The notes under the pieces were generated by a model. It searched no databases. It saw only the letters and a program-made list of their open reading frames with translations, and was not told the DNA's origin. The translations under genes were made by a program, and so were the position numbers. Of a stretch of 64,000 nucleotides of DNA, positions 44,801-56,090 are shown piece by piece. The DNA comes from Nitrospirales bacterium (GTDB lineage Bacteria; Nitrospirota; Nitrospiria; Nitrospirales; UBA8639), in NCBI GenBank assembly GCA_965203295.1, contig CBDBCZ010000015.1:192001-256000 (forward strand), given 5' to 3'. Within the stretch, counting starts at the first letter, position 1, and each line of letters begins with the position of its first letter.

Positions 44801-47800
44801 GAAACATTGCCAATTTTTACTGCGTTGCTCATCATTTTGTCATCCCACAGACCCTTTCAACTTGGACCACAATCTTGGAGCTTCAGTGTCAACCAAAAGT
44901 TAGTCTCATTTTGAATTCAGTAAACATGTACTATGTGTAATATCAAACAAGTAGTTGCACTCACTTCACTTGCGCAACTACTTGTGCTTGTTGAACTCGC
45001 TCGCTGCACTCTCTTTATTGTGAAATTAAAGGTGTCACCTCCATGTGATTTGTGTATTGAACATTAATTTCATCAGCTGGAGACCTGTGGAGACAGTTCC
45101 ACATTCAGGCCTCAACTTTATTATGTCGAAAACCAACTCTAGGGGATAGTGCATGGTATGTGGACAGTATGGAACTATGAGCAGCTCAGCGATGCAGCAT
45201 GACAGCTAGTGGCAGTACAGCACTGCTGAGATTCCTGCCTGAGCCATGTGGAGGCAGTAAACAGAGGTGAGACTAAAAACAACTGCAAGACTATACAGGC
45301 AAGCTTCTTAGGACTGCAGCCTAGCTATTCACAGCCACAACAGAATAGGCGATCGGTGCTGACTCCATTTAATGCACACTGTTGCAGTTAGTCTAGCCAA
45401 ACCCATATCTGCGGTCTAGCCTAGCAGATATAGGTTTTCACTTACAGGATGATATAGCCACTTACCTTTGTGATGAAGTACGCTAAAGTGCAGCCATGTC
45501 GTCAGAGCGTTCCAGCGGTCGAAGTACTCATATTTATGTTGATGTCACTCACTGCCTTCTCGATTTCGCTCACGCTTCATTTGGTCTAGAGTTGCATGGT
45601 TTTCACTTACAGGATGATATATGTAGCCACTAACCTTTGTGATAAAGTACGCTAGAAGTGTTCATTTGAAGCCATCACGATAAAATCATAAATAATATCA
45701 CTCCGTATTAAATGGAGCTACATGTATATTATATTAAAATCATCAGAGTGTTCCAGCGGTCAAACTACTCATAATTATGATATCGTCACATCTATGACAC
45801 ACACACACACACACACCACACACACACACGCACACACACACACACACACACCACACACACGCACGCACACACACACACACACACACACTCATTGACGAAC
45901 TAAAATATGAAGGTTTATGCTGTACCCTTTCAGTTCGGTAATTGGCTAAGCCTAGCCTCTAGTGTGAAATGCTCTTGTTCCCCCACTGTATAGGCTGACT
46001 TTAGCCATGAATTTTCAAAGTGTTTGATTTTACTCTTCTACTCACTTTCTTTGTAGTGAGGCTGTACATCCTTGACAGACTACTGGCTGCATTACACTAC
46101 CACTGTAAAGACTTACAGTGGGTGGACATGGTAAGGCATTTATGCCTCTAAGTTTTTAAACCTGCGTAAGTTTTCCGGTGATGACAAAACATAACTAACA
46201 GTGAAAGTACTAGGGTAACTCAGAGTTTTTCATTTCGTAGTGCACTTACGATTATCAGCCATAACTTGTGCTTCCTACCATGTTCTGCCACCTAGGCAAG
46301 TAAGATATATAATGTTCACAGCTTGGTCTGCAACTCCTGATCACACAAGAAATGCAAAGTATTCTTAGTACCAGTAGCATATTTCCTACACTTGTAGTAA
46401 AGTTTTTGTCTACATTCTCAGACCATGCGTTGCCTGCGTGGCCTGGGAACAAGGCTACCTATACTTTATTTCCCCTATAATAAGATGTGTTTGTGTCGAA
46501 ACTGTTGCTAAGCGCTTAATACGTAGTTGTGTTGGAAGGGTTTCTGTGTTTTTTAGGATTGTACCAAAAGTGTACCTGCGCTAAACGATTTGTGCTGGAC
46601 TACATAAGTACCTACACAGTAATTAAATGTGTGTTGGAAAATAAATTGTTCCAACACACTTTACTGAGTATGATATGGATATGTGTATAGGATTGTGTTA
46701 GAGAACTGTTTCACTGACTATGAGATGTGTAGGAAAACTTCCTGCATAGGACTTCTTGTGTAACAAGGCAGGCGAGCAGAGATGTGTGTATTTTGGCAGG
46801 CAAAAGATATGGTCCAGGATGTAATGAACCATAAATGTGGTACAAGTAATCCTTTCCTACACATACGAATGAATACAGAACAATTCCTAGTGAAAGAACA
46901 GAACCCATAAGCAACAAGACCCAGGGAAAAAAGAGGGATTTAAACCCGGATTCTCAGCTCAAAGGCCTTCACTGCTAGGCTGTGCTGGAGAGTCATAGAT
47001 ATCATGGAAACTGAAAGCAGAGAAGCCTTACATTCATCTCTGTGACTTGCCTTGCATACCAAACATTACTGTGTATCATGTATTGTCATACCTCAGTGAA
47101 CCAAATGTGGTATTGTTGCATCTGGAGTGCCAACCACAGCAATAATTGCCAAGGCTACATAATATCATGCTGTTTCCAGTTTACTGAGTCCGAAAGGTTT
47201 TTTAACAGAGGGAAGACCTATTTGGTCCCCTTTTTTAACCTTTTTTAAGTAACTTTTTAACTATTTTCAAATCTTTAACTTTCTGCGGTCACGGGCTGGG
47301 TGGTCTCTGGTTCTTTCCGGGTCCCGGGTTCTCTTGGTTATGATCAGAGCTCTTTCTACTCTTTCTATTCTTCTCACTATTTCTCTATTTCTATTTTTCT
47401 ACTTTCTAATTTGCTCATTTTGATTTTATTGTTCTTGATTTAATTAAATAGGTCATATGCTTAACTAGATTGTAATGTAAGGGGTTGTAGTAGTGTAGAT
47501 ATAGTTCCGTAGGTTAGGTTAGGTATAAGGACTGGTTTAGTTTTTTAGGCCTCAAGCTAGTGAGTGTAGTAAGAATGATTACGATACCTTCAGTTTTCAT
47601 GAGTATGTCCTAAGTATGTGGCTACATGTGCATGTGCCACCATTAAACCAGTTGTTACTATGAGCAGGCGCTCCCAGGTCTGTGTATGTAGTTTGCAAAA
47701 ATGGGGAGGTCTATTGGCGCCTGCTCGCAGTGTTGTGGTCCTTTACAGCACAATTAGCAAGAAAACATTTGTCAAGAAGCTACGCTACGTACATACCACA

Positions 47801-50800
47801 TGGCAATTTTTTTTTCAAAGAAACAAACCTCTGCTAAATGCAGAGCCTGTCATTCACTCACCAGAGTGTCAAGTGCTTCTTAATTCTACAGTCACCATGG
47901 AGTCAATGAGTGGCGCTAGGTACATTTTACCTACATGTAGTAATGCCAATTGCAACTAATGAGTGCCGTTAGTACTAAGCAGTAGTGGTACAAGCTACTG
48001 TTCACTGTATCAAGAAATGTTGCTATGCAATTCCGGTTGTATGTATGTTTTGCGCTAACTATAAAGGGTAAGCAACCATATGATTGTGAAAGTAATTGCA
48101 CTCTTGTTATGTACTGTGACTACAAGAGTATGTAAATGAATGTCTGCCCAGTGGTTCCCACAGCACTGTACTAAACTCTACTTGTTCCCAGGCTCCCCCC
48201 AAAACAAGGGTTAGTATATACGTATTACAAGCAACAATGATGGGGGAGTTGCAGCTACTGTACAGTAACCCTGCTTTTTTGCTCAGACTTCTGTTTTGTT
48301 GACGGCTAATAGGTCTAGGAAAATTGTGAAGCCCGCAAAAAGCACACTTTGAAACTGCTAGTTAGCTACATGTATCACAGCTGCAGCTACTGCGCAACTG
48401 CAACTAGCGGGTTCAAGTGGTGCAAGGCCAAAGTGACAAACGTACAATCTAGAGGTCACATGACTGGGTATACTACTGGCACTAATGGTTACGTAAATGT
48501 AGTCACATGTACATTCTACATTTTCTAGTATGCAATAAATTTAAGGTCGTGATTTCATTCCGTTTTAGAACTTCATGATGGATGAACAGATTTTAATTGG
48601 AGATGACCGTCCTCCCAAGTTTATCATCTGCCTTTGCTGCAATAAACGTGGCCACAGAGCACAGAACTGCCCCTGTACGTATATGTTACCATGGCTATTT
48701 TTTTAATGCACTTGTAAATAGCATAGTGCTTTTCTACAGACAAAAACAGTGGGAACAGAAGACCAAGGGCTGCTGCAATAAAGGAACGGATGAAACCAAA
48801 GGACAACCCTCCGAAAGAAAGAGGTATAAACACTGGCCAAGATGGTCTACTATAAATAAGGTCAAGAACGTGTAATGACAAAAAAAAAGAAAGCACCAAT
48901 ATTTTCATTCCCATAGCACTTTGGTAGTGCCTGAGAGGTGTAAACCTCGCTCCCTGCCTCCACTCTGTTGCTCTTTTTAAGCCTCGCTCCCTGCCTCCAC
49001 TCTGTTGCTTTTTTCAAGCCTCGCTCCCTGCCTCCACTCTGTTGCTTTTTTCACCATGTAAAAAACACAGGGAGCCTGGTTGATTTTGTCATGTGTGTGA
49101 CTGCAAGAGTAGAGACAAGGGTAGATGGAAATAAATTTTGAGTGTGGGTACGTTAACCGTAATATGGCCATACATTTCACTATGCAAACTCATAATGGCG
49201 TACCATTATCAAATCATGCTGGAAGCCTCTGTCTATACAAGGATCATCAGTACGTTTAGTGTTGCCACTCAGGGAGAGACTCCAATAACTGCAGGCAAGG
49301 ACTGCAGCCTCTATGCATACCTAACCACTGCACATCATCAGGTTAGTCTAGTCTAGCAGATTCAGCTCTCTGTTTTTTCATGTACTTAGTAACGCTTCCG
49401 TGCAATTATCCAATGCGTGACGTTGCTCACATGATAAATGAACTAGGCCTGCGCTCTCCACGCTTTATACTGCAACAGGGGAGAGGCCGGGAACAAGGCT
49501 AGAACAATGCAAATACATCTGCTGTGAATGAGATGAACAGCACTTCATTTTTGGTATTAGACCTTTTCGTTGTATGGGCCAAGGAATGTACGTACCCGTA
49601 ATTATTAGTAACTGCATATCCGGAGTATATTTAGGCCTCTCCCAATGCTCGTTCGTGCTTAACTCAATGTAAATTTCACTGCAGAGCTAACACACGCATG
49701 TACGTATGTACCTTGCCAAATAGTCTAATTCAACGAGTATCACAAGAAGATACCGTAGATTGGGAAATTTTCAGCGGTAGAAACTTTCATCTGTTAAATT
49801 TTCGCGTGATTAATTTTCGTCGATCCAGTAACCAACGAAAATTAAACACGGCGAAATTTAAACGGTACAGATTTTTTTTACGCGAGTTGCGAGTAGCGTA
49901 TGCGGAACGGAATCCATATACGTACGTACACGGATCACACATGTGCGAAAAGAAAATGAAGAGCTCTCGAAGGGAGTCGCGCGTTAGGGGGTACCATGTC
50001 TACTGGGAAGCGGCCATTGGAGAGGACCTAGCGTGTCAGCGGGAGCGTGGGAATGCAACCAACGCCTATGCTGCACGAACGGCGGTGCTGTACTTCGTGT
50101 AAGGACCACGCTTACAGCCTTCAGTCAATACTTGCTCCACTTGTTTGTTCGCTTCCGCGATCGCTTGAGAAGCGAGACAGCGACCCTCTAGGATCGGGAA
50201 CACACCCGATTGGTTTCAAATACCGCAGCAGAGCCACGATTTCTCTACTTCTGGCTACTTTCTCTTCGCGTGGTATGTATTCAGCGATCTTATTATTCGG
50301 CATTGAAAATATTTCGCATGTTAAATTTTCGACTTAGAGCTCACCGACTAAATATTTTTAACGATGAAAATTTCCCGATCTACGGTACAACTCTTGAGCA
50401 TCTTTGTGCAAGTTATCCCGTCTTCTAAAAGTTATCTTACTCGGAGCTACAGTCGGTTACAGTTTTGTATATCAAGGTCACTGCGCGATACAGTATAAGT
50501 GACACAGAAAACTGTACCATAATTGCCGAGCGCAGCGAGGCCAATAATCGCATGCTATGGGCTCAACAATCTCGGCTAGCATTTATCATGCAGTACGGTG
50601 GTACTCCATATGTAGGGATGGCTCCAAAAAAATGGCATCTCCTTTAACTGTGTATAAAATGACATGTTCAGAACTCTGCTGTAGATGTAGTCTAGGGGTA
50701 TTATGAGCCCTACCACTTGTTTTCAAGTGTTGTCATCACTAACCAGACTGTTAGCGTTGCTAAAGAACATCAGTGAAGTACCAAACCGGCAAATGGTTAA

Positions 50801-52452
50801 ACGGGCAGATTCAACTATCTTTTGATTCTGATTCTTCTGATTCTTCAGCCAGGCTAGCACAATAATGCCTGCGGCGATTACAATGATTATAACATGAATA
50901 GGCATCATTTTCTCCGGAGTATTGCACTCATAGCATAGTGTATTCACAAAATCGAATAGGTTCGGTAGTGATTCACGAGTACTCTCCAGCAGAAGCTCGC
51001 TGTTGCACGTCATTTAATGACTCGGATTACGTAATGCTTAGACCGCACGTGTTCATCTATTTAACGCCTACTTTTGGGCACGAGACTAGGCTGCTCGGGC
51101 CTGAGCTACGAGGCATCTCCTGGTTCATTACTGTGTTTACACAAACTTTAGCTATAGCCTTGATTTAGGAAACGTTAGTCGACAGTAGGTCTGTGTAGGA
51201 TCACTTTCAGAAGATGCAATAACTAGTTTGCACAAAGACACTCGAGAGTTGTATTTTCTTGTGATATTCTTGTCCGGCGCGTTACATATGTATGTGCACT
51301 AGTTCTGCAGTGGAATTACATTGAGCTGAACACGAACGAGTGTTGGGCAAGGGGGGGGGGGGGGGGGTGGGGGGGGCTAAACGTACATGTGAAATCACTG
51401 ACTGTATCTCCTAATCCTTGTCCGTATACAACTAAGCCCACACATTTTCTATCTGTCACCAAATTGACATTGGTTAGTGTTTGGCATAAGCTCCCTCCAA
51501 ATAGAAACTGTTTCTTTCTATTGTGTATTGAGTGTCCTTATCATAACAACTTCAAATTTGATTTGCAGAACCTGCAATCCCTACTTCAGCAGCAAAAGTG
51601 TCAACTAGCCGTGGCGGAATTCTTCACATAAAAAGTGGGAGGTATCCATCAGTCCCAACTGAGGCAGAAAACGAACGTAGAAGCACAAGGAGGCATGCTG
51701 CAAATCCACCAGCAATGAAGCCCATGAGCAACCGAGTGCATACTCCTAGAAGGGTACATCAGGTTCCTCCAACCGGGATTCTTTTGCCTTCACAGTATAC
51801 TCCGTTATTACCCACTCCAGAGGTTGGTAGTCACATAGGACGTACGTTATTACCCACTCCAGAGGTTGGTAGTCACATAGGAGGTACGTTATTACCCACT
51901 CCAGAGGTTGGTAGTCACATAGAAGGTATGTCACCACCAGGCTTTCCTGTGGTAGGGGGCCATCCATCTACCAGTATCAACAGTGGTGTACAGGGTGGTG
52001 CCACTTTGTACCAATCTGGAGGAGGAATGAGAAGCAGACTGCTGACTGATGAAAACCAAATATCGCACAGAGCACCAGTTGTACCCTTGACACTACCTTC
52101 ACATTCATCACCAGTAGTAGCATACACACTGGCCTCAACAGTACACTCTGCCCAGTATCCGTCTGGACACTCCACAACAGTATTAGCACCCAGAGTCTAC
52201 CTCCCTGCTCGAATTCAGTATCAGCCTTCGATCTCCTCCACTTCAACATTTCGTCCTCCTCAGTATGTGGCTGATCAAACCACTCCAACAAGAGCGCCTG
52301 TATATCCCATCCGTGAACCATATGTGCAATCAACGGCACAGCGCTTTCCAGCACCCCAAGATATTCGCCCTCCTCCTCGTCCGCTTTACAGGCACCCTAA
52401 TTCTTACAGGCCTTACAACAGACATGAGCAGAGCTATGACTATGGCCAGTAG
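26825..52452 (+). CDS. TUT7: Terminal uridylyltransferase of the TUT4/TUT7 (ZCCHC11/ZCCHC6) type, 31 coding exons, about 1443 aa
   Basis: Exons 26825-26932, 27256-27375, 27610-27793, 28944-29044, 29496-29547, 30096-30174, 30936-30972, 31185-31274, 31457-31570, 31705-32006, 32178-32287, 32422-32472, 33013-33090, 34603-35327, 35548-35607, 35679-35778, 37061-37147, 37752-37852, 38710-38764, 38853-38922, 39048-39084, 39197-39286, 40509-40622, 42565-42657, 43342-43409, 43489-43598, 44851-44898, 46057-46130, 48569-48674, 48740-48823 and 51569-52452 join in frame (4332 nt). Domains: matrin-type C2H2 finger (CTLC-x12-H-x5-H), inactive NTase (FGSS..SNVNLD), PAP-associated domain, acidic linker, Zn knuckle, active NTase ([19 protein letters not shown]), [23 protein letters not shown], second knuckle [14 protein letters not shown]. 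Probably co-orthologous to both TUT4 and TUT7. An upstream exon is likely because an acceptor precedes the ATG. Confidence 0.93.
30291..30377. mobile_element. Short TAGCCTCG..CGAGGCTA MITE, 9-bp TSD
   Basis: TSD ctgcataat at 30282-30290 and 30378-30386. Another family member lies at 30486-30569. Confidence 0.8.
33357..33994 (+). mobile_element. Tc1/mariner (pogo-like) internally deleted DNA transposon, copy 1
   Basis: TIRs CCGTAGATCGGGAAATTTTC / GAAAATTTCCCGATCTACGG with TA on both sides. Internal transposase-like N-terminus (+) and HIRAN-like fragment (-). Confidence 0.85.
37950..38635 (+). mobile_element. Palindromic non-autonomous element related in architecture to 20612-21437
   Basis: Starts GTATAGGATAGA, long hairpin at about 37950-38112 containing gaagccgagg, inverted pair actatgcctgagtcattctaac / gttagaatgacttaggcatagt, ends GTATAA. 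Confidence 0.7.
39700..40380 (-). mobile_element. 5' fragment of a canonical Penelope/Poseidon-like retroelement (pLTR plus decayed N-terminal ORF)
   Basis: Minus-strand translation [70 protein letters not shown] resembles the recalled PLE N-terminal domain. A hammerhead motif lies directly upstream. Boundaries are approximate. Confidence 0.7.
40283..40324 (-). ncRNA. Degenerate minimal type I hammerhead ribozyme motif
   Basis: Minus strand reads tgct-CTGAGGA-agaatgc-agccca-gcagtc-AAAAC-GTC-agta. Stems I and II and the palindromic ACGT stem III are present; the core GAAA is changed to AAAA. Confidence 0.7.
41295..41530 (+). mobile_element. tRNA-derived element (Thr-AGT-like cloverleaf 41413-41485) with a repeated 5' leader
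   Basis: A box TAGCTCAGTGG, B box GGTTCAATCC, imperfect acceptor stem, TTTT after the cloverleaf. The tail is shared with 1-105 and the leader is repeated at 41641-41754. Confidence 0.7.
43710..43895. mobile_element. Tc1/mariner-type MITE
   Basis: TIRs CTGTAGGACCGGTTATAATTGCG / CGCAATTAAAACCAGTCCTATAG flanked by TA. Confidence 0.75.
45797..45887. repeat. Imperfect (CA)n microsatellite
   Basis: Direct read. Confidence 0.95.
47198..47601 (+). mobile_element. Non-coding fragment of the same Naiad-like element family as 16946-18752
   Basis: Aligns by eye to 18190-18561 (ggaagacctatttggtcc, ggctgggtggtctctggttctttccgggtcccgggttctcttggtta, tgcttaactagattgta). Confidence 0.8.
48944..49052. repeat. 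Three tandem ~37-bp units (cctcgctccctgcctccactctgttgc), derived from the left arm of the hairpin MITE family
   Basis: Direct read. Confidence 0.8.
49753..50385 (-). mobile_element. pogo-like internally deleted DNA transposon, copy 2 (inverted relative to 33357-33994)
   Basis: Same TIRs, TA flanks and internal sequence, in the opposite orientation. Confidence 0.85.
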
Positions 52453-52961
52453 ATAAGTGGACAGGAAACTGTAATATGTCATTTGCAGTAGTGACAGAGT
52501 ATTGTTTATTTTGCTTATATGCTACATCCTTGCACTGGTGCATTAACTACTGCATACTTATTCACACTGGTAAGGATATTTTGTTGAAGCTATCAGATGC
52601 TACAGCAAGTAAATAGTAATTTTGTGATATTGGGAGCTAACATTGGTGCTCCTTAGAATTATTGTCCCCACTTTTTTTCATGTTTCAGGGATTCTTTCCT
52701 GGTAAGGGTACAGATAATGTAGGATAGCCTAGTCAAAGTGTACGTGGAGATACACGTTTTCCTTATCAGTCAGCACAATGCCGTCGGTAAAAGAGGTGTG
52801 TCACCTGAGTGCAGGAAGCCATGTAGGCTTACATGGGTAAATTAATTAAGAGATAGAGTGTGGAGCTCAAGTGGTTACCAGATGGATTCATTCTAAAGCA
52901 GTCCCTAAGCCATAATATTATAATGCCCCAACCCTTTATTGAACCAGGAGCCCTGTAAACG

Positions 52962-53168
52962 TAGCCTCGTACCCAGGCCTTCCCTCACAGCTTTTTTCGC
53001 AGCCGTGGCAAAAAGCGTGCCATGGCTGCGAAAAAAGCTGTGAGGGAAGGCCTGGGTACGAGGCTACGTTTACAGGGAGGCTTCCTAGTATCCCAGATTA
53101 GTAATAAACCACGCTTTTTTGCCACGGCTGCGAAAAAAGCTGTGAGGGAAGGCCTGGGTACGAGGCTA
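52962..53168. mobile_element. Rearranged TAGCCTCG..CGAGGCTA MITE with two right arms and a 9-bp TSD
   Basis: Hairpin 52962-53066, a second right arm ending at 53168, TSD ctgtaaacg at 52953-52961 and 53169-53177. Confidence 0.8.
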
Positions 53169-53556
53169 CTGTAAACGGACAATGAAGTTGTCACTGACAC
53201 AACCACCATCAGTAAAAACTTTACTGGGAAGTAATCAATTAAAGAATTACTTATACAACTAGACCAGTACTTCAGTCTTGACCATCTTGTTGTGTAGCCT
53301 TGAACCTAGCCATTGCACCTACAGCCTTCGAACAAAAAAATTTGGGTTTGAGAGTAATATACTCATGTTGCTGCCGTAGCGCTTACGCCATCGACCACGC
53401 ACCCACAAATGCAGGCGGATCTGGAGCTTGTAAGATCTCATTCAACACCACTCACACATGTGCTCACTCAGAAACTGACATGCTTGTTAATCAGGTCTAA
53501 GCCACAAATTTGAGATTCACCAACACATGTGCATCATTAAATGCCATTTTGTCATT

Positions 53557-53821
53557 AGTAGAAAGAGAACCCTGGTTAGCAATCAACATGAACCCTCTTT
53601 GGAAGTAATAGTTCAACCCTTAGCAGGTAACATTCATGTACTGATAGTTTAGTATAGCAAGGGGGGGGGGGCATTCAAGAAATAAAATTAAAAATAGTAG
53701 AAAGAGAACCCTGGTTAGTAATCAACATGAACCCTCTTTGGAATTAAGTAATAGTTCAACCCTTAGCAGGTAACATTCATGTACTGATAGTTTAGTATAG
53801 TAAGGGGGGGCATTCAAGAAA
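53557..53821. repeat. Tandem duplication of a ~130-140-bp unit
   Basis: agtagaaagagaaccctggttag..gcattcaagaaa occurs at about 53557-53681 and 53696-53821. Confidence 0.9.
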
Positions 53822-53943
53822 CCAGAGGGAAGGGTAAAATTAAAAATAGGGAGTGCTAGTAGAGAAACCACTCACTTCACTACTCGAACTCAAATTACAC
53901 TGTTACCCTTCCCCCTGCATGGGTGTCTAGATCACATGCTTAC

Positions 53944-55093
53944 CCTTGGTCCCTTCACAGTCCTCAAGCTCCAAGCCATCCACTGTCACAATCACGTATT
54001 CTTCTCCCCAACGCTGGTGGACTTCTCTTAAAATGTGATTTACGTTTGCAGTGGACTCTGCTACATCTAAATGCATTTGTGCTTCCTGAGAAAATTCAAC
54101 CTTTCCACTCCGGGAACTATCCATCTTGGCTCGAACAATTTTAATGTTCACAGTTGGTTCCTTTGAGCCAGATTGTTTAGGGATCACAGACTTAAATGCA
54201 GGAGGTGGGGGGTTGGAGTTATAGGAAGCAGAAGCTCCAACGCCAGATGAATGTGCTGTACTTGAGACGGATAAACGTGGAGTGGAACTTAAAGGAAGAT
54301 TAGGAAGGTTAGGCCCTTCAACACAAAGTGTTGCTCCATACATCTCTGCTTCGTGCAGATTGAAATGACCTGAATCATCTGGGTAAAGGCCTTGCTATCT
54401 TGTTCCGATCTTAGCCATACTTCAGATGGATCAACCTGCCAGTATATAATGAGACACAAGTAATCTTACATATAGGCAATCACTTTGTAGTCATAAACAA
54501 ACCACTAATAATTACTTCCGGCTTAGTTAATAAGACAAACTACATAGGAGGTTTTAATGTACACACTTTCGCGACTAGGGTCATATATAACACATTTGAC
54601 TTTTTGCTTCCTAGACCCGACTAACCCATACCTGTACTTGAATCCAGTTGCTATTCAGTACTAGTGGCATGGTATAACTTTAACAGGGGAAAGGCTAAAT
54701 GTATGCAGTGCCTTATATAATAAAATTTGACAACCAAGTATAAAGAAAAGACTTATGAAACTGCATGCAACTGTTTATCGATTGTTACCGACCTGAATGC
54801 AGCGTAAAGTGCAATGGCTAATATTTTTGCTGATCAATTGACCTATATAGCGTGGTAGATAATAGGCCTGGAAAGGGCTAATTAGTTTTACTTCCGCTAA
54901 AATAAAATTGCACAGCCCAATTTCCGTTAACCTTATTACTTATGGGACAGTATATAGTACACAAAGTAGCTCGGCAGGCATACGTAGAAACTGGCTTTCT
55001 CACCCGAAATGTCCTCCTCAAAACTTCTGTTGTAACTCGGGAGCAATCAACCTCGATTCTTTCTATGCCCCGCTTCAACACTACGTCAGGCAT
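53944..55093 (-). pseudogene. Two-exon remnant of an uncharacterised gene with a 1-nt frameshift (possibly transposon cargo)
   Basis: Exon 55093-55004 (MPDVVLKRGIERIEVDCSRVTTEVLRRTFR, donor gtgaga) and exon 54435-53944 (VDPSEVWLRSEQDSKAF, frameshift, YPDDSGHFNL..WGEEYVIVTVDGLELEDCEGTK, donor gtaagc). No following exon was found. Confidence 0.55.
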
Positions 55094-55296
55094 CGTTGGG
55101 AGGATGCTAGGTCACGGTAGCCACGTACGGAAGCACAAAGGACACAACAACAACAGCGAGCGAGCTAGCACGGGGTAGCTGGCAGGGAGTAGGCAGAGCG
55201 ACGACAATGTGGCGCGAAGTCTGATTCTGGCACGTGGGCGATTAAATGATGCGCATGCGCATTTCTCCTAGTCTCGCATCTCATTGGTTCGAAGTT

Positions 55297-55560
55297 TAGG
55301 ATTTTAGAATACAGGATTTTGGTTCATAAAATTCAAAGCTTAGGGTTTTAGATTACAGAATTGCTTGTTAAAAGACTAGGATTTTGGATTTTTAGTCATA
55401 AAATTTAAAATTTGGGATTTAGGATTTAGGATTTTTGAAAACAAAATCCAAAGTTTAGGATTTTAGTTTACCATGCATTATAACTTCAAATATAGGATTT
55501 AGTATTAGGGATTTTGGTTTTAAATACTAAATCCTGAATTCCATTCCAATAGGATTTTGG
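55297..55560. repeat. Degenerate short-period repeat tract (taggatttt-like)
   Basis: Many aggatttt/ggattt motifs, resembling subterminal repeats of a DNA transposon. Confidence 0.7.
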
Positions 55561-55581
55561 TTGGTGGAAATATACACTGAC

Positions 55582-56040
55582 CCAGGACTTATTGAAAATT
55601 CAACAGCCTTAGGACCAGGACTTATTGAAATTTCAACAGTTTTAAGACCAAGACTTATTGAAATTTCCATAGTTTTAGGACCAGGACTTATTGAAATTTC
55701 AACAGCTTTAGGACTAGGACTTATTGAAATTTAAATAGCTTTTAGGACCAGGACTTATTGAAATTTCAACAGTTTTAAGATCAAGACTTATTGAAATTTC
55801 CATAGTTTTAGGACCAGGACTTATTGAAATTTCAACAGCTTTAGGACTAGGACTTATTGAAATTTAAATAGCTTTTAGGACTAGGACTTATTGAAATTTC
55901 AACAGCCTTAGGACTAGGACTTATTGAATTTCCATAGTTTTAGGACCAGGACTTATAGAATTTCCATAGTTTTAGGACCTGGACTTATTGAAATTTCAAC
56001 AGCCTTAGGACCAGGACTTTCAACAGCCATAATTTCAACA
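55582..56040. repeat. 33-bp minisatellite (ccaggacttattgaaatttcaacag..ttagga), about 13-14 units
   Basis: Direct read, with internal palindrome ttgaaatttcaa. Confidence 0.95.
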
Positions 56041-56090
56041 ATGATTTATTGAAATTTACTTATGATTCCGCACACTTTTTTTCCATGCAG

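Noticed and set aside
51598..52452. Stand-alone 284-aa proline-rich gene
   Set aside because: In frame with an acceptor at 51568 and phase-compatible with TUT exon 30, so treated as the terminal TUT exon.
55582..56040. CRISPR-like array of ~33-bp repeats with a palindromic core
   Set aside because: Units are contiguous with no unique spacers, there are no cas genes, and the context is eukaryotic. It is a minisatellite.
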